From: Synechococcus sp. A15-28
Lineage (GTDB): Bacteria > Cyanobacteriota > Cyanobacteriia > PCC-6307 > Cyanobiaceae
NCBI RefSeq assembly: GCF_014280175.1
Contig: NZ_CP047931.1
Span: 2,040,001-2,072,000 of the forward strand
DNA length: 32,000 nucleotides
Reading direction: 5' to 3'
Below, piece by piece: positions 9,912-20,093 of this stretch (position 1 is the first letter of the stretch; each line of letters opens with the position of its first letter). The notes beneath the pieces are model-generated. The model saw only the letters and a program-made list of their open reading frames with translations, did not search any database and was not told the origin of the DNA. The translations under genes and the position numbers were made by a program.

Positions 9912-10658
9912 ATGACGGCCACGGCACCCTCCAAGGAAACAATCCTCGTGGTCGATGACGAGGCCTCGATCCGGCGGATTCTTGAAACCCGTCTGTCGAT
10001 GATCGGGTACAACGTCGTCACAGCCTGCGACAGTACGGAAGCTCTCGAGCTGTTCGAAAACACCGCTCCGGATCTGGTGGTTCTCGACGTGATGATGCCG
10101 AAGCTGGATGGCTACGGCGTCTGCCAGGAGCTGCGCAAGGAATCGGATGTGCCGATCGTGATGCTGACGGCCCTCGGCGATGTGGCGGACCGCATCACCG
10201 GGCTTGAGCTCGGTGCCGATGACTACGTCGTCAAACCCTTCAGCCCCAAGGAACTGGAAGCGCGCATCCGTTGTGTGCTGCGCCGGGTGGAGAAGGAGCA
10301 GGTTGCTGGCATCCCCAACTCAGGGGTGATTCAGGTCTCGGATCTCCGCATCGACACCAACAAGCGACAAGTGTTCCGGGCCGACGAACGGATCCGCCTC
10401 ACGGGGATGGAGTTCAGCCTGTTGGAACTGCTGGTGAGTCGCTCCGGCGAGCCCTTCAATCGCGGCGAGATCCTCAAGGAAGTCTGGGGCTACACCCCGG
10501 AACGTCACGTGGACACCCGCGTGGTGGATGTTCATATCTCGCGGCTTCGTTCCAAACTGGAGGACGATCCCGCGAACCCCGAGCTGATCCTGACGGCTCG
10601 CGGCACCGGTTATCTGTTCCAGCGCATCATCGACTCCGTTGCCTCCGAAGGACCCTGA
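9912..10658 (+). CDS. rpaB: OmpR-family response regulator RpaB (Ycf27)
   Basis: ILVVDDEASIRRILETRLSMIGY...LDVMMPKLDGYGVCQELRKESDVPIVMLTALGDVADRITGLELGADDYVVKPFSPKELEARI is nearly invariant RpaB sequence. Start taken as ATG 9912 (MTATAPSKE); the track ORF begins at 9840. Confidence 0.93.
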   Translation: MTATAPSKETILVVDDEASIRRILETRLSMIGYNVVTACDSTEALELFENTAPDLVVLDVMMPKLDGYGVCQELRKESDVPIVMLTALGDVADRITGLELGADDYVVKPFSPKELEARIRCVLRRVEKEQVAGIPNSGVIQVSDLRIDTNKRQVFRADERIRLTGMEFSLLELLVSRSGEPFNRGEILKEVWGYTPERHVDTRVVDVHISRLRSKLEDDPANPELILTARGTGYLFQRIIDSVASEGP

Positions 10659-11913
10659 TTCCGCCCGGACCCCAGAGTCCAGGAGCAAGAGCAGCCGACC
10701 CCGGGCGATCCGTCGCCTGGTGATCTGGTATCGGCGTAACGCTGCGGTCACCTCACTGGTGGACACAGCCACCAGCTCCGCCTCAGCAGCGGGGAGCGTG
10801 GCCAACTCCATGCTGCAGCCACTGGTCTTCGACCCCCTGCGCTGGCTTCAGGGCAACACAGACGACGAGGAGATCAACGACGCCGACCGGCTCTGGGTTG
10901 CGGTGGATGGCATGGGCGGAGACCATGCCCCCGGCCCGATCCTGGAGGGCTGTCTGGAGGCCATCGATCGCCTGCCTCTGAAAATCCGCTTTGTCGGTGA
11001 AACCGACAAGGTGCTGGCAGAGGCGGACGCCCTGGGCCTGCATCAGCGACTGGAACGTGCCCAGGCAGCCGATCATCTCGATCTGGTGGCCAGCGGACCG
11101 TCCATCGGCATGGACGATGAAGCCACCGCCGTGCGACGCAAACGCGACGCCAGCATCAACCTGGCGATGGATCTGGTGAAAAAGGGTCAGGCCCTGGCCG
11201 TTTACTCAGCCGGCAACTCCGGCGCAATGATGGCCTCGGCGATTTTCCGGCTCGGCCGGCTGAAGGGAATCGACCGACCTGCCATCGGTGCCCTGTTCCC
11301 CACCAAAGACCCTGGCAAGCCGGTGCTGGTGCTGGATGTGGGCGCCAACATGGATTGCAAACCGGTGTATCTGCACCAGTTCGCCCTGCTGGGCAACATC
11401 TACAGCCGGGATGTGCTCCAGGTGAAGCAACCGCGGATCGGGCTTCTGAACATCGGTGAGGAGGAGTGCAAGGGCAACGATCTGGCCCTCAAAACCCATG
11501 AGCTGCTGCGTAATGAGGCTCGCCTGCGCTTCACCGGCAACTGTGAGGGCAGAGATGTGCTCTCCGGTGAATTCGATGTCGTCGTCTGCGACGGTTTCAC
11601 CGGCAACGTCCTGCTGAAATTCCTGGAATCAGTGGGCAGCGTGCTGTTGGGGGTGCTGCGGGCCGAATTGCCCCGTGGCCGGAGGGGCAAGGTGGGATCA
11701 GCCTTCCTGCGCAGCAACCTGCGCCGGATCAAGAAACGGCTGGACCACGCCGAACATGGCGGTGCACTGCTGCTGGGGGTCAACGGCGTGGCGGTAATCG
11801 GCCATGGCAGCAGCAAGGCCCTATCGGTGGTGAGTGCCCTGCGCATCGCCCATTCCGCCGCCAGCCATGGCGTGATGGAGGACCTTGCCGCGCTGCAGAG
11901 CGGCTGTGATTGA
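10639..11913 (+). CDS. plsX: Phosphate acyltransferase PlsX (probable N-terminal extension; start uncertain)
   Basis: Core region LWVAVDGMGGDHAP...GNSGA...VVCDGFTGNVLLK. The frame stays GC3-rich back to TTG 10639. Alternative starts are GTG 10720 and ATG 10810. Confidence 0.9.
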   Translation: MPPKDPDSARTPESRSKSSRPRAIRRLVIWYRRNAAVTSLVDTATSSASAAGSVANSMLQPLVFDPLRWLQGNTDDEEINDADRLWVAVDGMGGDHAPGPILEGCLEAIDRLPLKIRFVGETDKVLAEADALGLHQRLERAQAADHLDLVASGPSIGMDDEATAVRRKRDASINLAMDLVKKGQALAVYSAGNSGAMMASAIFRLGRLKGIDRPAIGALFPTKDPGKPVLVLDVGANMDCKPVYLHQFALLGNIYSRDVLQVKQPRIGLLNIGEEECKGNDLALKTHELLRNEARLRFTGNCEGRDVLSGEFDVVVCDGFTGNVLLKFLESVGSVLLGVLRAELPRGRRGKVGSAFLRSNLRRIKKRLDHAEHGGALLLGVNGVAVIGHGSSKALSVVSALRIAHSAASHGVMEDLAALQSGCD

Positions 11914-12956
11914 CTGACGCCACGCGTATTCACCCCGCTTTGGTCGAGCAGTTCCACAGGACCGGCGGTGTGGTGTTCCGAGGCAGTGGCAGCGCCACCC
12001 CTCAGCGCTCCATCAGCAACACCGAGCTGGGGCAACGGGTGGAAACCAGCGATGACTGGATCCGCAGTCGCACAGGAATCGCAGCCCGACGGGTCATCGG
12101 GGCGGACGAAAGTCTGAGCGAACTCAACGCACGAGCGGCGGAACGCGCTCTGGCCATGGCGGGATGGTCGGCGGAGACCCTGGATCTGATCCTGCTGGCC
12201 ACCTCCACACCCGACGATCTGTTCGGCTCTGCACCGCGGCTGCAGGCCCGCATCGGGGCCGTCAACGCAGCAGCCTTCGATCTCACCGCCGCCTGCAGCG
12301 GTTTTCTGTTCGCTGTCGTCACCGCAGCCCAGTACCTGCGCAGTGGGGCGATGCAACGGATCCTGGTGGTGGGGGCCGACCAGCTCAGCCGCTGGGTCGA
12401 CTGGGACGACCGTCGGTCCTGCGTGCTGTTCGGAGATGCCGCCGGCGCCGTGGTGATGGAAGCCTCGAAGGAGCAGGACGACCTCCAGGGGTTCCTGCTG
12501 CGCTCCGATGGAGGCCGTGGTGCGGTGTTGCAGCTGCCCCAGAGCAGCGAACGAGCTCCTCTGGTGGGCGATGCCAGCCATCAAAGGGGCGGCTTTGAGC
12601 CAATTCAGATGAACGGCCAGGAGGTCTACAAGTTCGCTGTGCGCGAGGTGCCGGCGATCCTGGAGACGCTGCTCCAGAAAACAGAGACCCACCCGGATTC
12701 CCTCGACTGGCTGTTGTTGCACCAGGCCAACCAACGCATCCTCGATGCCGTGGCGGAGCGCTTCTCGATTCCGAACGAGAAAGTCCTGAGCAACCTGGCC
12801 CACTACGGCAACACCTCAGCCGCCACCATCCCTCTGATGCTGGATGAAGCGGTGCGGGATGGACGCATCCAAGCGGGACATCGCATCGCCAGCAGCGGCT
12901 TCGGTGCGGGACTGAGCTGGGGTGCAGCCCTGCTGCACTGGAGCGGGCCCGCGTAA
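11910..12956 (+). CDS. fabH: 3-oxoacyl-ACP synthase III
   Basis: GSGSATPQRSISNTEL...DDWIRSRTGI...AACSGF (active-site Cys)...HQAN...GNTSAA. TTG 11910 overlaps the plsX stop. Alternative starts are TTG 11940 and GTG 11970. Confidence 0.92.
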   Translation: MTDATRIHPALVEQFHRTGGVVFRGSGSATPQRSISNTELGQRVETSDDWIRSRTGIAARRVIGADESLSELNARAAERALAMAGWSAETLDLILLATSTPDDLFGSAPRLQARIGAVNAAAFDLTAACSGFLFAVVTAAQYLRSGAMQRILVVGADQLSRWVDWDDRRSCVLFGDAAGAVVMEASKEQDDLQGFLLRSDGGRGAVLQLPQSSERAPLVGDASHQRGGFEPIQMNGQEVYKFAVREVPAILETLLQKTETHPDSLDWLLLHQANQRILDAVAERFSIPNEKVLSNLAHYGNTSAATIPLMLDEAVRDGRIQAGHRIASSGFGAGLSWGAALLHWSGPA

Positions 12957-12984
12957 TCTCCCCGCACAACGGTGCGGACACGTC

Positions 12985-13881
12985 ATGGCGATCGCCTGGG
13001 TTTTTCCCGGCCAGGGCTCACAGAAAGTGGGCATGGCGGATCCCGTGCTCAGCCTCAACGGCGCCAGCCAGCGCTTCGCCATGGCGTCCGAATTGCTGGG
13101 CCGTGACCTCCTGGCGATCTGCCAGGGCAACAGCGGCGGCGGCAGCGGCCCCGACGACCTCAACGACACCCGCAACACCCAACCGGCCCTGTTTGTGGTG
13201 GAGTCCCTGCTGGTGGACAACCTGATCGAACAGGGGCGCGACGCCGCCCTGGTGGCTGGCCACAGCCTTGGGGAACTGGTGGCTCTCTATGCCGCTGGTG
13301 TGTTTGATCTGGAGACGGGGCTCAAGCTGATGCAGACCCGATCCGAGCTGATGGCGGCCGCCGGTGGCGGCGCGATGACCGCCGTGATCGGCTTCGACCG
13401 CAGCCAGCTCGAAGCGCTGGTGAACGACACCGAAGGGGTGAGCATCGCCAACGACAACAGCGACGCCCAGGTGGTGATCTCGGGGCAGCCTGATGCGGTG
13501 CAGACCGTGAGCACCAACCTCAAGTGCAAACGCGCCATCCCTCTGGCGGTGTCCGGGGCCTTTCACTCCCCCTTCATGGCCGAGGCGGCTGAAGCCTTCG
13601 CCAGCACGCTGGATGGCGTCAGCTTCCAGGATGCTCGGATCCCGGTGCTGAGCAACAGCGATCCCACCGGCTGCACCGAGGCAGCCAGCCTCAAGCAACG
13701 GTTGAAACAACAGATGACCACCGGCGTCCGCTGGCGGGAGACCATGGCCTCCATGGCGGAAGGTGGCATCGACACCTTGGTGGAGATCGGGCCGGGGAAC
13801 GTGCTCAGCGGCCTGGCCAAACGCAGCATGACCGGCGTGACCACGGCACAGATCGCCAGTTCGGGCGATCTCGGCCAGTGA
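12985..13881 (+). CDS. fabD: Malonyl-CoA:ACP transacylase
   Basis: MAIAWVFPGQGSQKVGM...TRNTQPALF...GHSLGE (active-site Ser)...VSGAFHSP. Confidence 0.95.
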   Translation: MAIAWVFPGQGSQKVGMADPVLSLNGASQRFAMASELLGRDLLAICQGNSGGGSGPDDLNDTRNTQPALFVVESLLVDNLIEQGRDAALVAGHSLGELVALYAAGVFDLETGLKLMQTRSELMAAAGGGAMTAVIGFDRSQLEALVNDTEGVSIANDNSDAQVVISGQPDAVQTVSTNLKCKRAIPLAVSGAFHSPFMAEAAEAFASTLDGVSFQDARIPVLSNSDPTGCTEAASLKQRLKQQMTTGVRWRETMASMAEGGIDTLVEIGPGNVLSGLAKRSMTGVTTAQIASSGDLGQ

Positions 13882-14531
13882 GCAGCGCACCACTGGCTCT
13901 AGCTCCAAAACCCAGCCTCGCTTACCGCCTGGTGAGTGGGTTGCTGGTGTTTCCACTCTTCCGGGGACTGTTTCGGGGCTCCACCCGCGGCCTGCAGCAC
14001 GTGCCGAAGCAGGGGGCATTGGTGGTGGTGTCCAACCACGGCTCCCATTTGGATCCCCCGCTGCTCGGTCACGCCCTGGGGCGGCCGGTGGCGTTCATGG
14101 CCAAGGCGGAACTGTTCGCCGTACCGCTGCTGGGGGCTGTGATCCGCGCCTGTGGCGCCTATCCGGTCCGTCGGGGTGCCAGTGACCGAGAAGCCATCCG
14201 CACGGCCACAGCACGCTTGATGGAGGGTTGGGCTACGGGGGTGTTTCTGGATGGCACCCGCCAGCCGGACGGTCGCGTCAATGCTCCACAACCTGGAGCC
14301 GCGCTGCTGGCTGCCCGCAGCGGAGCACCTCTGCTGCCGGTGGCGATCCTCAACAGCCATCGCGCCCTTGGAACCGGCCAGGTTCTGCCCCGGTTGGTTC
14401 CTCTTCAACTGCGGGTGGGTGAGCCCGTGCCGGCTCCGGCGAGTCGCCGTCGCGCCGACCTCGATGCCACCACAGCCCTTCTTCAGGAGCGGATCAACGC
14501 TCTGTTGGAGCAGGATCCGCAGTATCCCTGA
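13878..14531 (+). CDS. plsC: 1-acyl-sn-glycerol-3-phosphate acyltransferase
   Basis: Acyltransferase motifs NHGSHLDP and FLDGTR...PQPGAA. The GTG start overlaps the fabD stop (GTGA at 13878-13881). Confidence 0.88.
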   Translation: MSSAPLALAPKPSLAYRLVSGLLVFPLFRGLFRGSTRGLQHVPKQGALVVVSNHGSHLDPPLLGHALGRPVAFMAKAELFAVPLLGAVIRACGAYPVRRGASDREAIRTATARLMEGWATGVFLDGTRQPDGRVNAPQPGAALLAARSGAPLLPVAILNSHRALGTGQVLPRLVPLQLRVGEPVPAPASRRRADLDATTALLQERINALLEQDPQYP

Positions 14532-15069
14532 GGTCCCGGCCGGTCACCACCCAGCCCACGGCACGTAGCCAGTCTCTCCAACGCCTGACGGCACCCTCGT
14601 CACGGCAATTTGGTTCACACGCCACCGGCACGCCCGTGATCTGAATGCCACGGCTGCCGGCCACCACCTGGCCCACAGCAAGGGAGCGTTGCAGATGATC
14701 GGCGCTCGTCACGACGACAACATGGCGGACGCCCTGGGACGCCAGGTCATCCACGACGGACGTGAAATTGCTCAAGGTGTCGCGGGCCCTGTAATCCAGC
14801 TGCACTTGATCGGTCGTCAGCCCTTCCTCCTGAACCAACCAGCTGGCGTATTCAGGATTGCTGCCGCCACTCACCAGCAATGGCAGATCCAGTTGCCGTG
14901 CCAGCCGCGCCCCCACCCGTTCGCGATCGACATCTCCTCCCAACACCAGCACCAGCTCAGGCGGTGTGGTGTCCAGCAAAGCCCGGCGGTAGGGCGCCAG
15001 GGGCCCTTGAGCCACCAGCCACGTCAGCAATCCTGCGCTGAGCAGAACACCCGCCCGGATCCCGGCCAT
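14494..15069 (-). CDS. DUF218 / YdcF (ElyC/SanA)-family protein
   Basis: N-terminal transmembrane segment, then LVLGGD...SGG...LDYRARDTLSNF...VVVVTSADHLQRS, typical of DUF218. The ATG shares 1 nt with the tsaB stop (TGATG). Confidence 0.75.
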   Translation of the reverse strand: MAGIRAGVLLSAGLLTWLVAQGPLAPYRRALLDTTPPELVLVLGGDVDRERVGARLARQLDLPLLVSGGSNPEYASWLVQEEGLTTDQVQLDYRARDTLSNFTSVVDDLASQGVRHVVVVTSADHLQRSLAVGQVVAGSRGIQITGVPVACEPNCRDEGAVRRWRDWLRAVGWVVTGRDLRDTADPAPTER

Positions 15070-15674
15070 CAGACCGGCCCCACCGGAGAGGTCGGGTAGA
15101 TGGGGAGGACGGGTTGCCAGGGGAGCGACTCATCCCGCTGAAGGGACCGCTGGAGGCGCCCCAGCAACGCCGCCACGTCGACGTCCACATCCACCTCTGC
15201 CTCGACGGCAGGACTCACCTGCTGATCCGCCTCCAGTAAACGCGGAGCCTGCAGCTCCTCCACCACAGCGTCCCTCACGCGGTACTGCCCGGCGACCACC
15301 CCCCGGCGAAGCAGCGGCTTGGTGATCCAGAACGGCTGCTCATCGGTCGCCAGACGCTGGGCCATCAGGGCGAAGCTGCTCACACCCAGCAATGGACAGC
15401 CAAGCTGCTGGGCCAGGGTGCGTGCCATCACTACCGAAAGGCGCGTGCCGGTGAATCCCCCTGGTCCGGTGGCCACAGCCAGTCCTTTGAACTCACGCCA
15501 GCGGCCATGGGGCACCAGGCTCGCGACCCGCTCAATCAGGCTGTTGGAAAGGCCTCGACCGTCATCGAACCCCATCACCCGCGGGCGGCCCTGGTCGACC
15601 AGGGGATCCTGAACTGCCACGCCGAAACGTTCGGTGCAGCTGTGCAGCGCCAGCAGCAGAGGGGAATCAGTCAT
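15069..15674 (-). CDS. tsaB: tRNA t6A biosynthesis protein TsaB (YeaZ-like)
   Basis: LLLALHSCTERFGVAV...LAVATGPGGFTGTRLSVVMARTLAQQLGCPLLGVSSF. Start taken as ATG 15674 (MTDSPLL), which shares 1 nt with the ycf34 stop (TGATG). The track ORF extends to 15758. Confidence 0.85.
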   Translation of the reverse strand: MTDSPLLLALHSCTERFGVAVQDPLVDQGRPRVMGFDDGRGLSNSLIERVASLVPHGRWREFKGLAVATGPGGFTGTRLSVVMARTLAQQLGCPLLGVSSFALMAQRLATDEQPFWITKPLLRRGVVAGQYRVRDAVVEELQAPRLLEADQQVSPAVEAEVDVDVDVAALLGRLQRSLQRDESLPWQPVLPIYPTSPVGPV

Positions 15675-15925
15675 CACTGCGGGACGGCTTCTCCAGGGCG
15701 CAGTCGGCTCCAGCGTCCGGGGTCGGACGCAAAGCTGGAGCAGGCCCGAACATCCCATTCAATGCCCGCACCACCACCGGGCAGATCCATGACGGAGACA
15801 TGAATTCTCGGGGAGCGGGGCTCAAAATCCGGAACCTCGCTGAGGTGATCCACCCCATGCTGACGCTCAACTGCGTGATAGGCCTGGCAGCGGTCGACCC
15901 AGCGGCAATCCACACAGATGCACAT
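15674..15925 (-). CDS. ycf34: Ycf34 (small Cys-rich iron-sulfur protein)
   Basis: 83 aa, MCICVDCRWVDRCQAYHAVERQHGV.HL..PDF.P..P.IHV, the canonical Ycf34 N-terminus. It is embedded in a longer 177-aa track ORF whose upstream part is low-complexity. Confidence 0.88.
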   Translation of the reverse strand: MCICVDCRWVDRCQAYHAVERQHGVDHLSEVPDFEPRSPRIHVSVMDLPGGGAGIEWDVRACSSFASDPGRWSRLRPGEAVPQ

Positions 15926-17108
15926 GCCCTCCGAACCTGCGGCTGACTCCATTTTGGAGCGCCTGGCACCCCAGCGCTGGCCCCTGCCGCTGGATCGACT
16001 CCCAAAGGAGACAGCCCTGGTGGGGGGAGCTGTTCGTGATGCATTGCTGGATCGACTCAAGCCACAACCCGATCTCGATCTTGTGGTCCCAAGCGGTGCC
16101 CTCGCCCTGACGCGAAGCCTGGCCAAGGGCCTCGGAGGCAGATGCGTGGTGCTGGACGAGGAGCGGGATATGGCTCGCCTGGTGCTGGGGGAATGGACCG
16201 TGGACATCGCCCGGCGGGATGGCCCGACCCTCGAGGCGGATCTGGAACGACGGGACTACCGCCTCAACGCCATCGCCCTGCCGTTGCACAGGCCTGAGCA
16301 ACTGATCGATCCCACCGGCGGTCTGGAGGACCTGCAACAGCGACGGCTGACGGCCGTGCGCGAATCCAACCTCACCGACGATCCGCTGCGGCTGTTGCGG
16401 GGCCTGCGGTTGATGGCTGAGATCCCCCTCACCCTCGACTCCATCACCGCCGACTGGATGGAGCGCCACCGGCAACAACTGGTCCGTGCCGCACCGGAAC
16501 GGATCCTGGCGGAACTGCAGAAACTGGTGGCAGGTCCGCTGGCCGATCAGGCCCTTGTGCAGCTCACTCGGCTCAAGCTGGTCGAACCCTGGTCAGCGGG
16601 TCAGCCCCTGCCGACGGCGCACCACGCAGCTCAGCTCACAGCCGACGAACGGGAGCGGGCCTTGCCCCTGGCCCGCCTGACCGCCCTCATCAGTGACCAG
16701 GGGCTGGAGCAGCTGAAGGCCAGTCGAGCCCTGCGCCAGCGGTGCCGGCGACTGCGCCAGTGGCAGCACCAGCTGCCGCCGGATCCCGCAACGCTTGCCG
16801 AAGCGCAGCGGGTGCAACTGCATCTGGATCTCGATCGGGATCTACCCGCACTGGCCCTTCAGCTCGACCCAACCCGTCAGAGCAGCTGGCTGCAGCGCTG
16901 GCGCGACCCTAAGGACCCGCTGTTCCATCCGGCCACCCCTGTGGATGGATCCACGCTGCAGCGCGAATTCAACCTCGCTCCAGGCCCCGGGATCGGGGCA
17001 CTGCTGATGCATCTGCGTCAGGAAAGGGCTTTTGGACGCCTGATTGGCCGCGACGATGCACTCGAGGAAGCGCACCGTTGGATCAAACGAAATCGGGACG
17101 CACTGTGA
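15918..17108 (+). CDS. cca: CCA-adding enzyme / poly(A) polymerase-family tRNA nucleotidyltransferase
   Basis: LVGGAVRDALLDR...DLDLVV...RRD..LNAIA...DPLRLLRGLR motifs. ATG at 15918 or 15924. Confidence 0.85.
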   Translation: MHMPSEPAADSILERLAPQRWPLPLDRLPKETALVGGAVRDALLDRLKPQPDLDLVVPSGALALTRSLAKGLGGRCVVLDEERDMARLVLGEWTVDIARRDGPTLEADLERRDYRLNAIALPLHRPEQLIDPTGGLEDLQQRRLTAVRESNLTDDPLRLLRGLRLMAEIPLTLDSITADWMERHRQQLVRAAPERILAELQKLVAGPLADQALVQLTRLKLVEPWSAGQPLPTAHHAAQLTADERERALPLARLTALISDQGLEQLKASRALRQRCRRLRQWQHQLPPDPATLAEAQRVQLHLDLDRDLPALALQLDPTRQSSWLQRWRDPKDPLFHPATPVDGSTLQREFNLAPGPGIGALLMHLRQERAFGRLIGRDDALEEAHRWIKRNRDAL

Positions 17109-17169
17109 TTAACTTTGCAGGTGTCAACGATGACGGTCCGACACCGACGATTCGCATTTCCCTTCCTTC

Positions 17170-17601
17170 ATGAGCATCCGCCTGTACATCGGCAACCTGC
17201 CGCAGACCTTTGACGAACAGGAGCTGGCTGCTCTGCTTAAGAGTGTTGGAGAGGGAATCCGGTTCAAGTCAGTTCTCGACCGCGAAACCGGCGCATCACG
17301 CGGTTTCGGCTTCGCCAATGTCGACGACGAAAAAGTGGCCGATGCTGTGATCGAACAGCTGAACGGCAAGGAGTTCGGCGGCAGCGCCCTTCGCGTCGAG
17401 CGCTCTGAGCGCCGTGAGAACGGCGGTGGTAATCGCCGTGGCCCCAACGGTGGCGGCAATGGTCAGCCCCAGGTGGCACGCAAGGCCGTCAACAAGGTCG
17501 TGCACAGTGACGCCCCTGGAGAGGGTGCTCCTGACCCCCGTTGGGCCGGCGAGTTGTCCAAACTGAAGGATCTTCTTGCCAACCAGAAAACAGCTGTCTG
17601 A
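17170..17601 (+). CDS. RRM-type RNA-binding protein with a Gly/Arg-rich tail
   Basis: RNP2 IYIGNL, RNP1 RGFGFANV, then the RRENGGGNRRGPNGGGNG linker. This is the cyanobacterial Rbp family. Confidence 0.9.
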   Translation: MSIRLYIGNLPQTFDEQELAALLKSVGEGIRFKSVLDRETGASRGFGFANVDDEKVADAVIEQLNGKEFGGSALRVERSERRENGGGNRRGPNGGGNGQPQVARKAVNKVVHSDAPGEGAPDPRWAGELSKLKDLLANQKTAV

Positions 17602-17636
17602 CAGGTCCCGACCTGAAAATCAAACGCTTGCATCTA

Positions 17637-17666
17637 CCCCGGAGAGTGCCATCTCCGGGGTTTTTT
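17637..17666 (+). terminator. Rho-independent terminator after the rbp gene
   Basis: CCCCGGAGA-GTGCCA-TCTCCGGGG gives a perfect 9-bp stem, followed by TTTTTT. Confidence 0.85.
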
Positions 17667-17676
17667 GATGGGCCGA

Positions 17677-18585
17677 TCAGCGTGCCTGGGCCAGAACGAA
17701 AGAGCGCGGCAGATCCAGCAGCTTGCTGATCTTGCCCACATAGGCACGGTTGTTGAACACGTCGTAATCAACCCGTTCAATGGCATCGAGGATGCCTCTG
17801 TACAGCCGAAGCGACGTCCATACAGGCCAGCGCGCGTCGCGGGAGAGCCAGCGCACACCCGCTTCTGATCGCGCGAACCAGTCCCTGGCCCGCTGCAGTT
17901 GGAATTGCATCAGCTCAGACCAGGCGCTGTTGAGCCGTCCGGCCATCAGATCCTCTTCCGAGTAACCGAAGCGCTCGAGATCCTCGAGCGGCAGATAAAT
18001 GCGTCCCCGGCCTCGGTCTTCTCCCACATCGCGAAGGATGTTGGTGAGCTGATTGGCGATGCCGAGAGCCACCGCCGCATCGGAGGTGTCCGGCCGGTCA
18101 CTCCATGGGGCTGAGGTATAGGCACCATCAACCCCCATCACCCCCTGGGTCATCAGGCCGACGGTTCCAGCAACCCGATAGCAGTACAGCTTGAGATCCT
18201 CGAAGCGTGGATAACGCGTCCAGGTCAGATCCATCCTCTGCCCCTCAATCATATCGAGGTAGGGCTGAATGTCCTGGGGAAAGCGCTCGAGGGTGTGCAC
18301 CATCACGGCGTCGAGATCATCCTCGATCGTGCCCTTGAACAGCGCTCGCGTTTTGTCCTCCCAGCGATCCAGACGCTCTGCCAGTTCCTCAACGGGTCTG
18401 GCTTGGGCCTCAGGGCTGTCCATCAGCTCGTCGGTGCGGCGGCACCAGACATAGATGGCCCAGATGGCACGACGCTTCTCCTGGGGCAGCAGAAGCGTCC
18501 CCAGGTAAAAGGTCTTGGCCCACTCGGCGGTCTCGCGACGGCAGGCCTCAAAGGCTGCGTCGAGATCCGGGGCTGCGAGGGGCAT
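17677..18585 (-). CDS. crtB: Phytoene synthase
   Basis: AKTFYLGTLLLP...IWAIYVWCRRTDELMD...YCYRVAGTVG...NILRDVGED...GRIYLP squalene/phytoene synthase motifs. Starts 3 nt after the pds stop. Confidence 0.95.
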   Translation of the reverse strand: MPLAAPDLDAAFEACRRETAEWAKTFYLGTLLLPQEKRRAIWAIYVWCRRTDELMDSPEAQARPVEELAERLDRWEDKTRALFKGTIEDDLDAVMVHTLERFPQDIQPYLDMIEGQRMDLTWTRYPRFEDLKLYCYRVAGTVGLMTQGVMGVDGAYTSAPWSDRPDTSDAAVALGIANQLTNILRDVGEDRGRGRIYLPLEDLERFGYSEEDLMAGRLNSAWSELMQFQLQRARDWFARSEAGVRWLSRDARWPVWTSLRLYRGILDAIERVDYDVFNNRAYVGKISKLLDLPRSFVLAQAR

Positions 18586-18588
18586 GAC

Positions 18589-20034
<1,446 letters not shown>

Positions 20035-20093
20035 TTAAAAGGGCCCGATCCCCTTTCGCTTCTTAGAGTCCCTGCACGACCGCAGTGCGCGCC

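Noticed and set aside
11400-12803. 467-aa ORF antisense to plsX and fabH.
   Set aside because: It lies entirely opposite two unambiguous genes. Its translation is low-complexity and Arg/Gly/Ala/Pro/Gln-rich. Stop-poor antisense frames are expected when the sense strand is GC3-rich.
12988-12995. HIP1 palindrome GCGATCGC.
   Set aside because: I saw only a single exact occurrence in 32 kb, so there is no evidence of HIP1 enrichment or a repeat family.
13018-14019. 333-aa ORF antisense to fabD and plsC.
   Set aside because: Same GC3 mirror-frame artefact. It has no recognisable domain signature.
15926-16207. Upstream extension of ycf34 (177-aa ORF), and the alternative 125-aa ORF at 15667..16044.
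   Set aside because: Ycf34 canonically begins MCICVDC. The extension is Ser/Arg-rich and lies antisense to the well-supported cca gene.
17120-17145. GGTGTC...GACACC hairpin in the leader of the RRM RNA-binding protein gene.
   Set aside because: It has only 6 bp and a 14-nt loop. That is too weak to call a regulatory element without conservation data.
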